From: an uncultured Actinomycetes bacterium
GTDB lineage: Bacteria; Actinomycetota; Thermoleophilia; Gaiellales; Gaiellaceae
Assembly (NCBI GenBank): GCA_963850415.1
Contig: CAWKLE010000002.1
Span: forward strand, 93,865 to 157,864
Reading direction: 5' to 3'
DNA: 64,000 bases
Under the pieces are notes generated by a model that was not told where the DNA came from, searched no databases, and saw only the letters and a program-made list of their open reading frames with translations. Numbering within the stretch: the stretch's first letter is position 1; each line of letters begins with the position of its first letter. Shown here one piece after another: positions 21,433 to 30,352 of this stretch. A program made the translations under genes and the position numbers.

Positions 21433-23313
21433 GTGTCGCGCGCCGATTCGCGCAGGCGCCCCTCCGTAAGATGTCCGCGACCGAGCCCGCCCCGGAGGAA
21501 CACCTTCCCGAACCGTCGACAACAGCGCATTCTCATCGCCGTCGCGTGGCCCTACGCGAGTGGCCCACGGCATCTGGGGCATGTCGCCGGCTTCGGCGTT
21601 CCGTCGGACATCACCGCCCGGTATCACCGCCTGCGGGGCGACGACGTCCTGATGGTCAGCGGCAGCGACGAGCACGGCACGCCGGTCATGGTCGCGGCCG
21701 ATCAAGAGGGTCTGTCTCCGCGTGAGACCGCCGACCGCTACAGCAGCCTCATCCGCAAGGACCTGCACGATCTCGGTCTCTCGTACGACCTGTTCACGCG
21801 GACGACGACCCGGAACCACTATCGCGTGGTCCAGGATCTGTTCAGGACCGTCTACGAGCACGGCTACATCGTCGAGCAGACGGCGATGGGCGCGTTCTCG
21901 GCCACCACCGGTCACACGCTGCCCGACCGCTACATCGAAGGGGCGTGTCCGATCTGCGGCTTCGAGTTTGCGCGAGGCGATCAGTGCGACAACTGCGGGA
22001 ACCAGCTCGACCCGATCGACCTGATCAACCCGCACTCGAAGATCGACGGCACGGTGCCGGTCTTCAGGGAGACGAACCACCTCTTCCTCGACCTCCCGGC
22101 GTTCGCGGAGCAGCTGACCGAGTGGATTGAGCGGCAGGACCACTGGCGCCCGAACGTGCGGAACTTCTCGCTCGGCCTGCTCAAAGACCTGAAACCGAGG
22201 CCGATCACGCGCGACCTCGACTGGGGCGTGCCGATTCCGGTGCCGCCGGAGTACGCGGATCGCGACGACAAGCGGATCTACGTCTGGTTCGACGCAGTCA
22301 TCGGCTACCTGTCGGCGGCCGTCGAGTGGGCCGCGAACCGCGGAACGCCCGAGGCCTGGCGCGACTGGTGGCAGGACCCCGACGCGCGCCATGTCTACTT
22401 CATGGGCAAGGACAACATCGTCTTCCATACCGTGATCTGGCCGAGCATCCTGCTCGGGTACGGGGCGGGCGGCGAGCTCGGCGCGGGCAAGGGGCCGCTG
22501 ACGCTTCCGACCGACGTCGTGGCGAGCGAGTTCCTGACGATGGAGGGCAAGCAGTTCAGCGTCAGCCGAGGCGTCTCGATCGCCGTCGGCGACTTCCTCG
22601 GCCGCTACGACCCCGACCCGCTTCGCTACTTCCTGACCGCAGCGGGCCCGGAGACGCAGGACACCGACTTCACGTGGTCCGAGTTCGTGCGCCGGAACAA
22701 CGACGAGCTGGTCGCGAACTGGGGCAACCTCGTGAACCGGACGCTGAGCTCGGCGCACAAGAACTTCGGCGCGGTTCCCGACCCGGGCGAGCTGACCGCC
22801 GAGGACACCGAGCTCCTGGATGCGATCGGAGCGGGCTTCGAAACCGTCGGCGAGCTGATCGAGTCGGCGCGCTACCGGGCCGCGCTCGCCGAGGCGATGA
22901 GGCTCGCAACCCTCGTCAACCGGTACACGGACCACCAGGCCCCGTGGTCGCTGATCGAGAGCGATCGCGAACGCGCCGGGACGGTGCTCTACGTCGCGCT
23001 GCGCGCGATCGACAGCCTGAAGACGATCTTCGCGCCGTTCCTCCCGTTCTCGTCGCAGGCGGTGCACGAGCTGCTCGGCAACGAGGGAACGATCTCCGGG
23101 CCGCTCGAGCTGCGCGACGTCGGCGGCGACGACGACCCGCACCAGGTGTTGACGGGCGAGTACGAGTCGTGGACGGGAAGCTGGGCGCCGAGCGAGCTCT
23201 CACCGGGACAGGCGCTTCAGAAGCCGCGGCCCCTGTTCAAGAAGCTCGATCCGGACGTCGTCGTGCCCGACGAACTCGCCCGGATGGAAGCTCGCGCCGC
23301 CGCGTCGGAGTGA
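21433..23313 (+). CDS. metG: methionine--tRNA ligase; start uncertain
   Basis: [18 protein letters not shown] (HIGH), Zn-knuckle CPICG...CDNCG and KQFSVSRG (KMSKS-like) are present. The frame is intact from 21433 (GTG). A more natural ATG at 21471 ([17 protein letters not shown], preceded by TAA-g) is out of frame. Confidence 0.85.
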   Translation: MSRADSRRRPSVRCPRPSPPRRNTFPNRRQQRILIAVAWPYASGPRHLGHVAGFGVPSDITARYHRLRGDDVLMVSGSDEHGTPVMVAADQEGLSPRETADRYSSLIRKDLHDLGLSYDLFTRTTTRNHYRVVQDLFRTVYEHGYIVEQTAMGAFSATTGHTLPDRYIEGACPICGFEFARGDQCDNCGNQLDPIDLINPHSKIDGTVPVFRETNHLFLDLPAFAEQLTEWIERQDHWRPNVRNFSLGLLKDLKPRPITRDLDWGVPIPVPPEYADRDDKRIYVWFDAVIGYLSAAVEWAANRGTPEAWRDWWQDPDARHVYFMGKDNIVFHTVIWPSILLGYGAGGELGAGKGPLTLPTDVVASEFLTMEGKQFSVSRGVSIAVGDFLGRYDPDPLRYFLTAAGPETQDTDFTWSEFVRRNNDELVANWGNLVNRTLSSAHKNFGAVPDPGELTAEDTELLDAIGAGFETVGELIESARYRAALAEAMRLATLVNRYTDHQAPWSLIESDRERAGTVLYVALRAIDSLKTIFAPFLPFSSQAVHELLGNEGTISGPLELRDVGGDDDPHQVLTGEYESWTGSWAPSELSPGQALQKPRPLFKKLDPDVVVPDELARMEARAAASE

Positions 23314-24056
23314 TCGACACCCACGCACACCTCGACGCGTGCGCGGACCGGCCGTCGGCGCTCATCAGGCGCGCGCGCTCGGCGGGCGTCCAGCGGATCG
23401 TGACCGTGGGCACCGGCATCGACTCGTGCCGCGTCGCCCTCGAGCTCGCCGAACTGCACGAGGAGGTGTTCGCCGCGGTCGGCATCGATCCGCATCAGGC
23501 CGGCGACGCGGAGGCAAACCGCGTCGAGGATCTGCGCGACCTCGCGCAGCACGATCGTGCGGTCGCCGTGGGGGAGACGGGACTTGATTACTTCCGCGAC
23601 CGCGCGCCGCGCGAACGGCAGCGCCAGCTCTTCGAGGCGCAGCTCGAGCTCGCGGCCGATCTCGGCAAGCCGGTCGTCATCCACACACGCGAAGCGGACG
23701 CCGACACGGCCGCCGTCCTCGCGGGCTTCGACGGCACGGTCGTCATGCACTGCTTTTCGTCCCCGGGCCTGCTGGAAACGGTCCTCGAGCGGCGCTACTA
23801 CGTCTCGTTCGCCGGCAACGTCACGTACCCGAAGGCGGGCGACCTGCGAACCGCGGCAGCCCAAGTCCCGGCGGAGCGGATCCTCGCCGAGACGGACAGC
23901 CCATATCTCGCGCCGCAGTCCCGGCGCGGCCGGCCCAACGAGCCCGCGAACGTCGTCCTCACAGTCGAGGAGCTCGCGAGGATCCGGAACGTGGACGCGG
24001 AAGAGCTGGGCGCACGCATCGACGCCAACGCATCTGCGGCGTTCGCGCTCCCGTGA
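23310..24056 (+). CDS. tatD: TatD family metal-dependent hydrolase
   Basis: GTG 23310 overlaps the metG stop (GTGA). The product has (V)[24 protein letters not shown] and ETDSPYLAP. Confidence 0.85.
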   Translation: MIDTHAHLDACADRPSALIRRARSAGVQRIVTVGTGIDSCRVALELAELHEEVFAAVGIDPHQAGDAEANRVEDLRDLAQHDRAVAVGETGLDYFRDRAPRERQRQLFEAQLELAADLGKPVVIHTREADADTAAVLAGFDGTVVMHCFSSPGLLETVLERRYYVSFAGNVTYPKAGDLRTAAAQVPAERILAETDSPYLAPQSRRGRPNEPANVVLTVEELARIRNVDAEELGARIDANASAAFALP

Positions 24057-24835
24057 AGCTCCCCGTCACTCCCAACCGCGAGCTCGGGCAGCACTTCCTC
24101 GTCGACGACAACATCCTCGGGGTCATCGGTCGTCTCGCGGAGCTCGCGCCGGACGACGTCGTGCTCGAGGTCGGGCCGGGCCTGGGCGTCCTCACCGCCT
24201 ACCTCGCCGAGCGCGTCGCGCGCGTGCATGCCGTCGAGCTCGACCGCGCGCTCGAGCCGCATCTGGTCGACCGCCTGCACGGTCGCGACAACGTGCGGCT
24301 GCTGTTCGGCGACGCGCTCCGCCTCGATCTCGCCGCGCTCGAGCCCGTCCCGACGAAGTTCGTCGCCAACCTGCCGTACAACGTCGCGACGCCGCTGATC
24401 GTGGAGAGCCTCGACGGCCTGCCGAGCGTCGGTCGCTGGACGGTGATGGTGCAGCGCGAAGTCGCCGACCGCCTGTTCGCACGGCCCGGCACGAAGGCCT
24501 ACGGAGCGGTCTCCGTGCTCGTGCAGCTCGCGGCCGAACGAACGGGTCTCCACCCGGTCTCCCGCACGGTCTTCCGTCCGCCGCCCAACGTCGACTCGGC
24601 GCTCGTCGCGTTTCGACGCCTCCACCTGCCCGACGACTTCACCGAGATCAAGCGCGTCGTCAACGCGGCGTTCGCTCACCGGCGCAAGACGCTGCCGAAC
24701 TCACTCGAGCTCGCAGGCCTCGCGCCGCGGGCGCGGTCCGCAAAGGCGCTGACCGCGATCGACCGCGACCCTGCCGTCCGCGCCGAGGCGCTCGAGCCGG
24801 ACGAGTTCGTCGCGCTCACGGCCGCCCTGCGATGA
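24053..24835 (+). CDS. rsmA: 16S rRNA (adenine1518/1519-N6)-dimethyltransferase
   Basis: LGQHFLVD, VLEVGPGLGVLT and ANLPYNVATP are present. It overlaps tatD by 4 nt. Confidence 0.9.
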   Translation: MKLPVTPNRELGQHFLVDDNILGVIGRLAELAPDDVVLEVGPGLGVLTAYLAERVARVHAVELDRALEPHLVDRLHGRDNVRLLFGDALRLDLAALEPVPTKFVANLPYNVATPLIVESLDGLPSVGRWTVMVQREVADRLFARPGTKAYGAVSVLVQLAAERTGLHPVSRTVFRPPPNVDSALVAFRRLHLPDDFTEIKRVVNAAFAHRRKTLPNSLELAGLAPRARSAKALTAIDRDPAVRAEALEPDEFVALTAALR

Positions 24836-25623
24836 GGTCGCTCGACGCGCCCGCCAAGATCAACCTCGCGCTCGTCGTCGGCCCGAAGCGGCCAGACGGG
24901 AAGCACGAGGTCGCGACCGTGCTCCAGCAGATCGATCTCGGGGACCGGATCTCGCTCGAGCCGGCCGCGGCCCTCGAGATCGCAGGCTTCCCGGCGGACA
25001 CGCTCGTTCGCGATGCGCTCCTCGCGCTTGCGGGCGCGGCGGGCGTCGAGGCCGACTGGTCGGTCGAGATCGAAAAGCGAATCCCCGTCGCGGCCGGCCT
25101 CGGCGGAGGCAGCTCCGACGCAGCCGCAGCGCTTCGGCTCGCGAACGACACGCTGGCGTCGCCCCTGGATGCGGACCGGCTGCACGAGATCGCCGCGGGG
25201 CTGGGCGCCGACGTTCCGTTCTTCCTGGCCGGCGGCACGCAACTCGGCACCGGCGACGGCTCGGACCTGGAGCCCGTCGAGCTGCTCGACGACTATGTGG
25301 TTTTCCTCCTGCTCCCCGAAGACGCTTCGAAGGTCGCCACCGCGGAGGTCTACGCGACGTTCACCGGGGCAGACGGTTTCGAAGAGCGCCGCGCACAGCT
25401 CGTCGCGGCGCTCGAAGCGAGGGATCTCGGAGCGCTGCCGCCGAACGACCTCGCCTCCTCACCGCTTGCCCGGGAGCTTCGCGAAGCCGGCGCCTTCCGC
25501 GCGGACGTCTCGGGAGCGGGGCCGGTGGTCTACGGGCTCTTTGCCGACCGCGAGGAAGGAGCTGCTGCGAGCGAGCGCTTCGCCGATCGGTGCGCCACCT
25601 GGCTCACGGCACCTGCTTGCTAG
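24832..25623 (+). CDS. ispE: 4-diphosphocytidyl-2-C-methyl-D-erythritol kinase
   Basis: ATGA overlap with rsmA. The product has APAKINLAL.V, KRIPVAAGLGGGSSDAAA and SGAGP motifs. Confidence 0.85.
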   Translation: MRSLDAPAKINLALVVGPKRPDGKHEVATVLQQIDLGDRISLEPAAALEIAGFPADTLVRDALLALAGAAGVEADWSVEIEKRIPVAAGLGGGSSDAAAALRLANDTLASPLDADRLHEIAAGLGADVPFFLAGGTQLGTGDGSDLEPVELLDDYVVFLLLPEDASKVATAEVYATFTGADGFEERRAQLVAALEARDLGALPPNDLASSPLARELREAGAFRADVSGAGPVVYGLFADREEGAAASERFADRCATWLTAPAC

Positions 25624-25632
25624 CTTTGCTGC

Positions 25633-25989
25633 GTGCTTGAACCCGGCGTGATCGAGCACCGTCAGGGCCGCTTCGGCCGGTGGCTTCGCGTGCGCCGGGT
25701 GGCGATCGCGGTCTGGATCGCGGTCGTCGAGGGCCTGCTCCTCATCGTCCACGCGATCCCGCGGCTGCTGACGCTCGCGATCGCCGTCCTGATCGTCGTC
25801 GTCTTCTTCTGGCTCGGGCATCGCCTGCGCCCGGGACCGCTCAAAGACGTCGCGTGGATCGCCGCCGTCTCGCAGGCCTTCGTGATGCTGATCCCGATCC
25901 TCGCGATCGTCGTCGGCACGCTCGCCCTCGTCGCAGTCGGCATCCTCGCAGTGTTCGCGCTGGTGCTCCTCTTCACGAGCCGGAGCTAG
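25633..25989 (+). CDS. small integral membrane protein (3-4 TM)
   Basis: 118-aa ORF, GTG start, strongly hydrophobic (IAVWIAVVEGLLLIV, LAIAVLIVVVFFWL, LIPILAIVVGTLALVAVGILAVFALVLL). Confidence 0.6.
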   Translation: MLEPGVIEHRQGRFGRWLRVRRVAIAVWIAVVEGLLLIVHAIPRLLTLAIAVLIVVVFFWLGHRLRPGPLKDVAWIAAVSQAFVMLIPILAIVVGTLALVAVGILAVFALVLLFTSRS

Positions 25990-26005
25990 ACTTCGACAGC
26001 CGAAT

Positions 26006-26076
26006 TGGGGCGTAGCCAAGTGGTAAGGCAACGGGTTTTGGTCCCGTGATCCCAGGTTCGAATCCTGGCGCCCCAG
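26006..26076 (+). tRNA. tRNA-Gln (anticodon UUG), CCA not encoded
   Basis: Cloverleaf folded by hand. Acceptor TGGGGCG/CGCCCCA (U1-A72), D arm GCC-AAGTGGTAA-GGC, anticodon arm ACGGG-TTTTGGT-CCCGT, T arm CCAGG-TTCGAAT-CCTGG. Confidence 0.9.
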
Positions 26077-26089
26077 AACTTTGCGTCCC

Positions 26090-27413
26090 ATGAACGAGAA
26101 ACCAGCAGCTGTCGTGCTCGCCGGCGGCCTCGGCACGCGGATGAAGTCCGACACGCCCAAGCACTTCCACCGGCTGCTCGGGCGCCGCATGGTCGATTGG
26201 GTCGTCGAGGCTGCGCGCGCGGTCGACGCCGATCCGCTCGTCGTCGTCGCTTCGCCGCAGGGGGTGAGCGAGCTCGACGGGATCCAGACCGCGGTGCAGT
26301 CCGAGCCGCGCGGAACCGGCGATGCGCTGGCCGCCGCCCGTCAGGCGCTCGACGGCGTGGCGAGCGACCTGTTCGTGCTGAGCGGGGACGCACCGGTGAT
26401 CAGCCCGAAGCTCCTGGGCGACCTCCTCGAAACCCACCGCCGGGAAGACGCCGCGGCCACGATCCTCTCGTTCCGCCCACCCGATCCGCGCGAGTACGGA
26501 CGCGTGATTCGAGACCGCGACGGCTCGGTTCGGGCAATCGTCGAGGCCCGCGACGCGTCACCGGACGAGCTCGCCGTCGACGAGGTCAACTCCTCGATCT
26601 ACGTCTTCGCGGCCGATCGCGTCTGGCCCGCGCTCGAGCAGCTCGACACCGCGAACGAGCAGGGCGAGCTGTACCTCACCGACGCGGTCCGCGCGCTGGT
26701 CGAGAATGGCGAGCATGTCGCCGCGTACGTCGCACCCGATCCGGTCGAGGCCGAGGGCGTGAACACGCGCGCCGAGCTCGCTGCCGCGGCCGCCGCCCTG
26801 CGGGACCGCATCAACGAGGAGCACATGCTCGCCGGGGTCACGATCGTCGATCCACAGACGACCTGGATCGAGCCCGACGTCGAGATCGAGCCCGACGCCG
26901 AGATCCATCCGTTCACCGTCGTCCGCGGCAACTCGAAGATCGCGGCCGGCGCCGTCGTCGGGCCGCACGCGGTCGTCGTCGACGCGGAGATCGGCCCCGG
27001 ATGCGACGGTCGGCCCATTCTGTTACCTTCGCCCCGGAACCCACCTCGAACGCGGAGCGAAGGCGGGCACATTCGTGGAGATCAAGAACTCGCGCATCGG
27101 CGTCGGCGCGAAGGTCCCTCACCTGTCCTACATCGGCGATGCCGACGTGGGCGACGAGACGAACATCGGCGCGGGCGCGATCACGGCCAACTACCGGCCC
27201 GAGCTCGGCCCGGGCAAGTTCCGCACGGAGATCGGCCGCAACGTCCACACGGGCAGCGACAATGTGTTCGTTGCTCCGGTCACGATTGGCGACAACGCTT
27301 GGGTCGCTGCGGGCTCGGTCGTCACGAAGAACGTCCCGCCCGGGGCGCTCGCAGTCGCCCGAAGCAGGCAGGTCACGAAAGAGGGATATGCCGATCGAAA
27401 GCACAACGACTGA
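26090..27413 (+). pseudogene. glmU: bifunctional GlcNAc-1-P uridyltransferase/GlcN-1-P acetyltransferase GlmU, one frameshift at ~27002
   Basis: The N-terminus AVVLAGGLGTRMKS..SGD.P is present. After EIGPG an extra base shifts the LbH domain ([33 protein letters not shown]...[11 protein letters not shown]) into the frame of ORF 27075..27413. Confidence 0.85.
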
Positions 27414-28452
27414 GCTGACCCAGCTGCCCGGGCTCGAAGCGCCGACGACCGGAGCGCTGCCGAGCCCGGAGAAGATCATCGAGCTCGGTCCGATGAAGCG
27501 GCTCATGCTCTTCTCGGGCCAGTCGAACCGCCCGCTCGCCGAGGACATCGGGCGCCACCTCGGGATCGAGCTCGGCGAGGTGCAGCTCAAGACGTTCGCC
27601 AACGACGAAACCTACTGCCGCTACGGCGAGTCGATTCGCGGCGCCGACGTCTTCATCGTGCAGTCGGGAAGCCCGCCCGTGAACGACCACCTCGTCGAGT
27701 TGCTGATCATGATCCAGGCCGCGAAGCTCGCGTCGGCGAAGCGGATCACGGCTGTCATCCCGTGGTTCCCGTACACGCGCCAGGACAAGAAGTCGAAGCC
27801 GCGCGAGCCAATCACCGCAAAGCTCGTCGCGGACATGCTCGAGGTCGCCGGCGTCGATCGCGTCCTGACGATGGATTTGCACGCCGGCCAGATCCAGGGC
27901 TTCTTCTCGCTCCCGGTCGACCACATGACGGCTCTGCCGCTCTTCGCGCAGTACTACCGGGACAAGGGCATCTTCGGCGACAAGGTCGTGGCCGTCTCGC
28001 CCGACGCGGGCCGCGTGAAGATGGCGCGGCGCTTCGGGCAGATGCTCGAAGGCGACCTCGCGATCATGAACAAGGCCCGCCCGGAGCACGACCGGGCCGA
28101 GGTGACCGAGGTGATCGGCGACGTGCAGGGCAAGGTCGCGATCCTCAGCGACGACATGATCCTGACCGGCGGGACGCTGATCGCCGGCGCGACCGCGCTG
28201 CGTGAGGCAGGTGCGATCGAGGTCTACGCGTGTGCGACGCACGGGCTCTTTTCGGGTAACGCGTTCGACAAGATCGCGAACAGCGACCTCAGCCTCGTCA
28301 CGGTCACGGACACGGTCGCGATCGACCCGGTCAACCGGCCGGCGACGGTGGATGTGCTCCCAGTGTCGCGGCTGCTCGCGGAGACGATCATGAACGTCTT
28401 CGGCGACGAGTCCGTGTCGGCGATCTTCGCCGGCGAGAACCAGCTCTTCTAG
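27388..28452 (+). CDS. prs: ribose-phosphate pyrophosphokinase
   Basis: [40 protein letters not shown] and [12 protein letters not shown] are present. The upstream ATG is 27388 (high GC3 in the extension). Alternative start is ATG 27493 (MKRLMLF). Confidence 0.85.
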   Translation: MPIESTTTELTQLPGLEAPTTGALPSPEKIIELGPMKRLMLFSGQSNRPLAEDIGRHLGIELGEVQLKTFANDETYCRYGESIRGADVFIVQSGSPPVNDHLVELLIMIQAAKLASAKRITAVIPWFPYTRQDKKSKPREPITAKLVADMLEVAGVDRVLTMDLHAGQIQGFFSLPVDHMTALPLFAQYYRDKGIFGDKVVAVSPDAGRVKMARRFGQMLEGDLAIMNKARPEHDRAEVTEVIGDVQGKVAILSDDMILTGGTLIAGATALREAGAIEVYACATHGLFSGNAFDKIANSDLSLVTVTDTVAIDPVNRPATVDVLPVSRLLAETIMNVFGDESVSAIFAGENQLF

Positions 28453-28680
28453 GGTCGGCGTGGACTGAGCCGGATCGTGTTTCAAAAGGCGCCCGTTCGG
28501 TAGAAACCGCGAGCACGGGAAGCCGGGAGTGCGCCTGGACGACCTTGTTAGCGGCAAAGGGGTCGATTCTCCGCCAGGGGACGCGGATAGCGCGCCCCGG
28601 CTCTCGTGCCCTTCGCTCCCAGCGCGCCGCATCACGAGTCGGTGGTTTCCGCGAGGACGGAACGGGGGAGACCCGACGGT
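28453..28680 (+). promoter_or_regulatory. hairpin-rich 5' leader / candidate riboswitch or sRNA
   Basis: 228 nt with no convincing ORF. Hairpins are 28488-28535 (GGCGC/GCGCC enclosing CCGT/ACGG and CGGT-AGAA-ACCG), 28577-28598 (GGGGaCGCG-GATAG-CGCGCCCC) and 28603-28638 (CTCGTG/CACGAG). A duplicated 22-mer occurs as TCGGTAGAAACCGCGAGCACGG (28497) and TCGGTGGTTTCCGCGAGGACGG (28639). ACGGGGGAGACCCGAC abuts the ATG. Confidence 0.35.
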
Positions 28681-28854
28681 ATGTTCCGACCACGGCTCCT
28701 GACTCTCGTCTATGTCGCAGTCGGCGTCGCGGTCGCGGCCTCATACGACTACTTCAAGAATCTGGACACGATCCGGCTCGTTGCCTCGGCCGTGCTGAGC
28801 GTCGTTCTCTGGCCGCTGCTGCTGCTCGGAATCGACCTGCACATCAAGAAGTAG
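28681..28854 (+). CDS. 57-aa two-TM small membrane protein
   Basis: ATG 28681 follows GGGGGAG. Product is MFRPRLLTLVYVAVGVAVAASYDYFKNLDTIRLVASAVLSVVLWPLLLLGIDLHIKK*. The upstream part of track ORF 28606 looks non-coding. Confidence 0.5.
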   Translation: MFRPRLLTLVYVAVGVAVAASYDYFKNLDTIRLVASAVLSVVLWPLLLLGIDLHIKK

Positions 28855-28885
28855 CTGCAACTCGTCGCTACACTTCGCCGCCGAT

Positions 28886-29608
28886 ATGGCCGGCGAACGA
28901 ATGAAGCTGGAGGTCTCCGAGCGCGACGGGCGCGGCTCCGCCGACTCGCGGCGCCTGCGCGCACAGGGTCTCGTGCCGGGGGTGCTCTACGGACGCGGCA
29001 AGAAGCCGCACGCATTCTTCGTCCCCGAGCGCGATCTCCGGCGCGCTTTGTCCGGCGACTCGGGTCTCCACGCGATCCTCGACGTCGTCCTCGCCGGCCA
29101 GAAGACGACGCATCCGGCCGTGCTCAAGGACTACCAGCAGGACGTGCCGAGCGGCCGGCTCGCGCACATCGACCTGCACGAGGTGCGACTCGACGAGCCG
29201 ATCCAGGCGCAGGTTTCGGTCGACCTGGTCGGCGAGTCGGTCGGCGTCAAGGAGGGCGGCGTTCTCTCGCAGGTGCAGCGTGAGATCAGGGTCGAGGCCC
29301 TGCCGCTCGAGATTCCCGATCACCTCGAGCTCGACGTGAGCGGGATGGCGATCGGCGACACGCTACGGCTCGTCGACCTGCCCGTTCAGGACGGCGTGAC
29401 CTTCCTCGACGACCCCGAGGAGACGGTGCTGGCGACGGTGACTGCTCCGACGGTGATCGTCGAGCCCGAGGTCGAGGAAGAGGAGCTGGAAGAGGGCGAG
29501 TTGCCCGAGGGCGAGGTGCCGGAGGGCGAGGAGGCTCCCGAGGGCGAGGAGGCTCCCGAGGGCGAGGCTCCGGCCGAGTCCAGCGGCGAAGAGCAGTCCG
29601 AGGAGTAG
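28886..29608 (+). CDS. rplY: 50S ribosomal protein L25/general stress protein Ctc, acidic repeat tail
   Basis: LRAQGLVPGVLYGRGKKP and HPAVLKDYQQD.....AHIDLHEV are present. The C-terminal tail is EGE(E/V)(A)P repeats. Confidence 0.85.
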   Translation: MAGERMKLEVSERDGRGSADSRRLRAQGLVPGVLYGRGKKPHAFFVPERDLRRALSGDSGLHAILDVVLAGQKTTHPAVLKDYQQDVPSGRLAHIDLHEVRLDEPIQAQVSVDLVGESVGVKEGGVLSQVQREIRVEALPLEIPDHLELDVSGMAIGDTLRLVDLPVQDGVTFLDDPEETVLATVTAPTVIVEPEVEEEELEEGELPEGEVPEGEEAPEGEEAPEGEAPAESSGEEQSEE

Positions 29609-29611
29609 TCC

Positions 29612-30205
29612 ATGCGGTTGTCTCGTCGGGGCGAACGCGTCTCGACGCTGGACCTGCTGGTCGCGGGGCTCGGCAATCCGGGCCGGGAGTACGAGAAGAC
29701 GAGGCACAACGTCGGCTGGAAGGTGGTCGACGAAGTCGCGCGCCGGCACGACGGCTCGTTCCGGTCGAAGTTCGACGGGCAGCTGTGCGAGATCCGGCTC
29801 GGCGACCTGCGGCTCGCGCTGCTCAAACCCGAGACGTACATGAACGTCTCGGGCAAGTCGATCGCGGCCGCCAGCCGGTTCTTCAAGGCGGAGCCCGACG
29901 CGCTCCTCGTCGTGCACGACGACGTCGACCTCGAGCCTGGGCGCCTGCAGGCCCGGAGCGGAGGCGGGCTGGCCGGCCACAACGGGCTGCGCTCGATCGC
30001 CGGCTCTCTGGGGACGCAGGACTTCCTGCGGCTGCGCATCGGAGTCGGCCGTCCTGGCCGCGGAGACCGGCGGCCCGTCGCCGACTACGTCCTCTCCGCC
30101 TTCGAGCCGGAGCTGGACGTCGATGCGCTGATCGCCCGTGCCGCCGACGCCGTGGAGACGATCGCGCTCGAAGGCGTCGAGGCGGCCCAGCAGCGCTTCA
30201 ATTGA
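29612..30205 (+). CDS. pth: peptidyl-tRNA hydrolase
   Basis: LLVAGLGNPGREYEKTRHNVG, KPETYMNVSG, VVHDDVDL and GGGLAGHNGLRS are present. Confidence 0.9.
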   Translation: MRLSRRGERVSTLDLLVAGLGNPGREYEKTRHNVGWKVVDEVARRHDGSFRSKFDGQLCEIRLGDLRLALLKPETYMNVSGKSIAAASRFFKAEPDALLVVHDDVDLEPGRLQARSGGGLAGHNGLRSIAGSLGTQDFLRLRIGVGRPGRGDRRPVADYVLSAFEPELDVDALIARAADAVETIALEGVEAAQQRFN

Positions 30206-30257
30206 CCCGAAACCGGCACGATCCAGTCACACCGTTCCAGGCACCCTGAAGAACCCC

Positions 30258-30281
30258 GGGTGGGTGGGGGCTAGGGATGGG
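30258..30281 (+). other. G-quadruplex-type motif (G3 T G3 T G5 CTA G3 AT G3) in the mfd 5' region
   Basis: Read directly as gggtgggtgggggctagggatggg. It is bracketed by the imperfect inverted repeat GAACCCCGGG (30251-30260) / CCCGGGTTC (30287-30295). Confidence 0.4.
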
Positions 30282-30352
30282 ACCGGCCCGGGTTCTGTGC
30301 CGCTCCCGCGGATAGCATTCAGGCCCGCGGAACCCCGGTTCCGTCGCTCGTC

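Noticed and set aside
20890-23142. 750-aa minus-strand ORF
   Set aside because: It is antisense to metG. Its composition is dominated by R/A/D/V/E, which is typical of antisense frames in high-GC DNA, and metG on the plus strand is unambiguous.
28540-28585. ZTP (pfl) or PRPP-type riboswitch, because of CCGCCAGGGGA / CGCCTGGAC strings downstream of prs
   Set aside because: Only the short pseudoknot-like string resembles the ZTP consensus. The downstream genes (a small membrane protein and rplY) are not purine or folate genes, and prs lies upstream rather than downstream.
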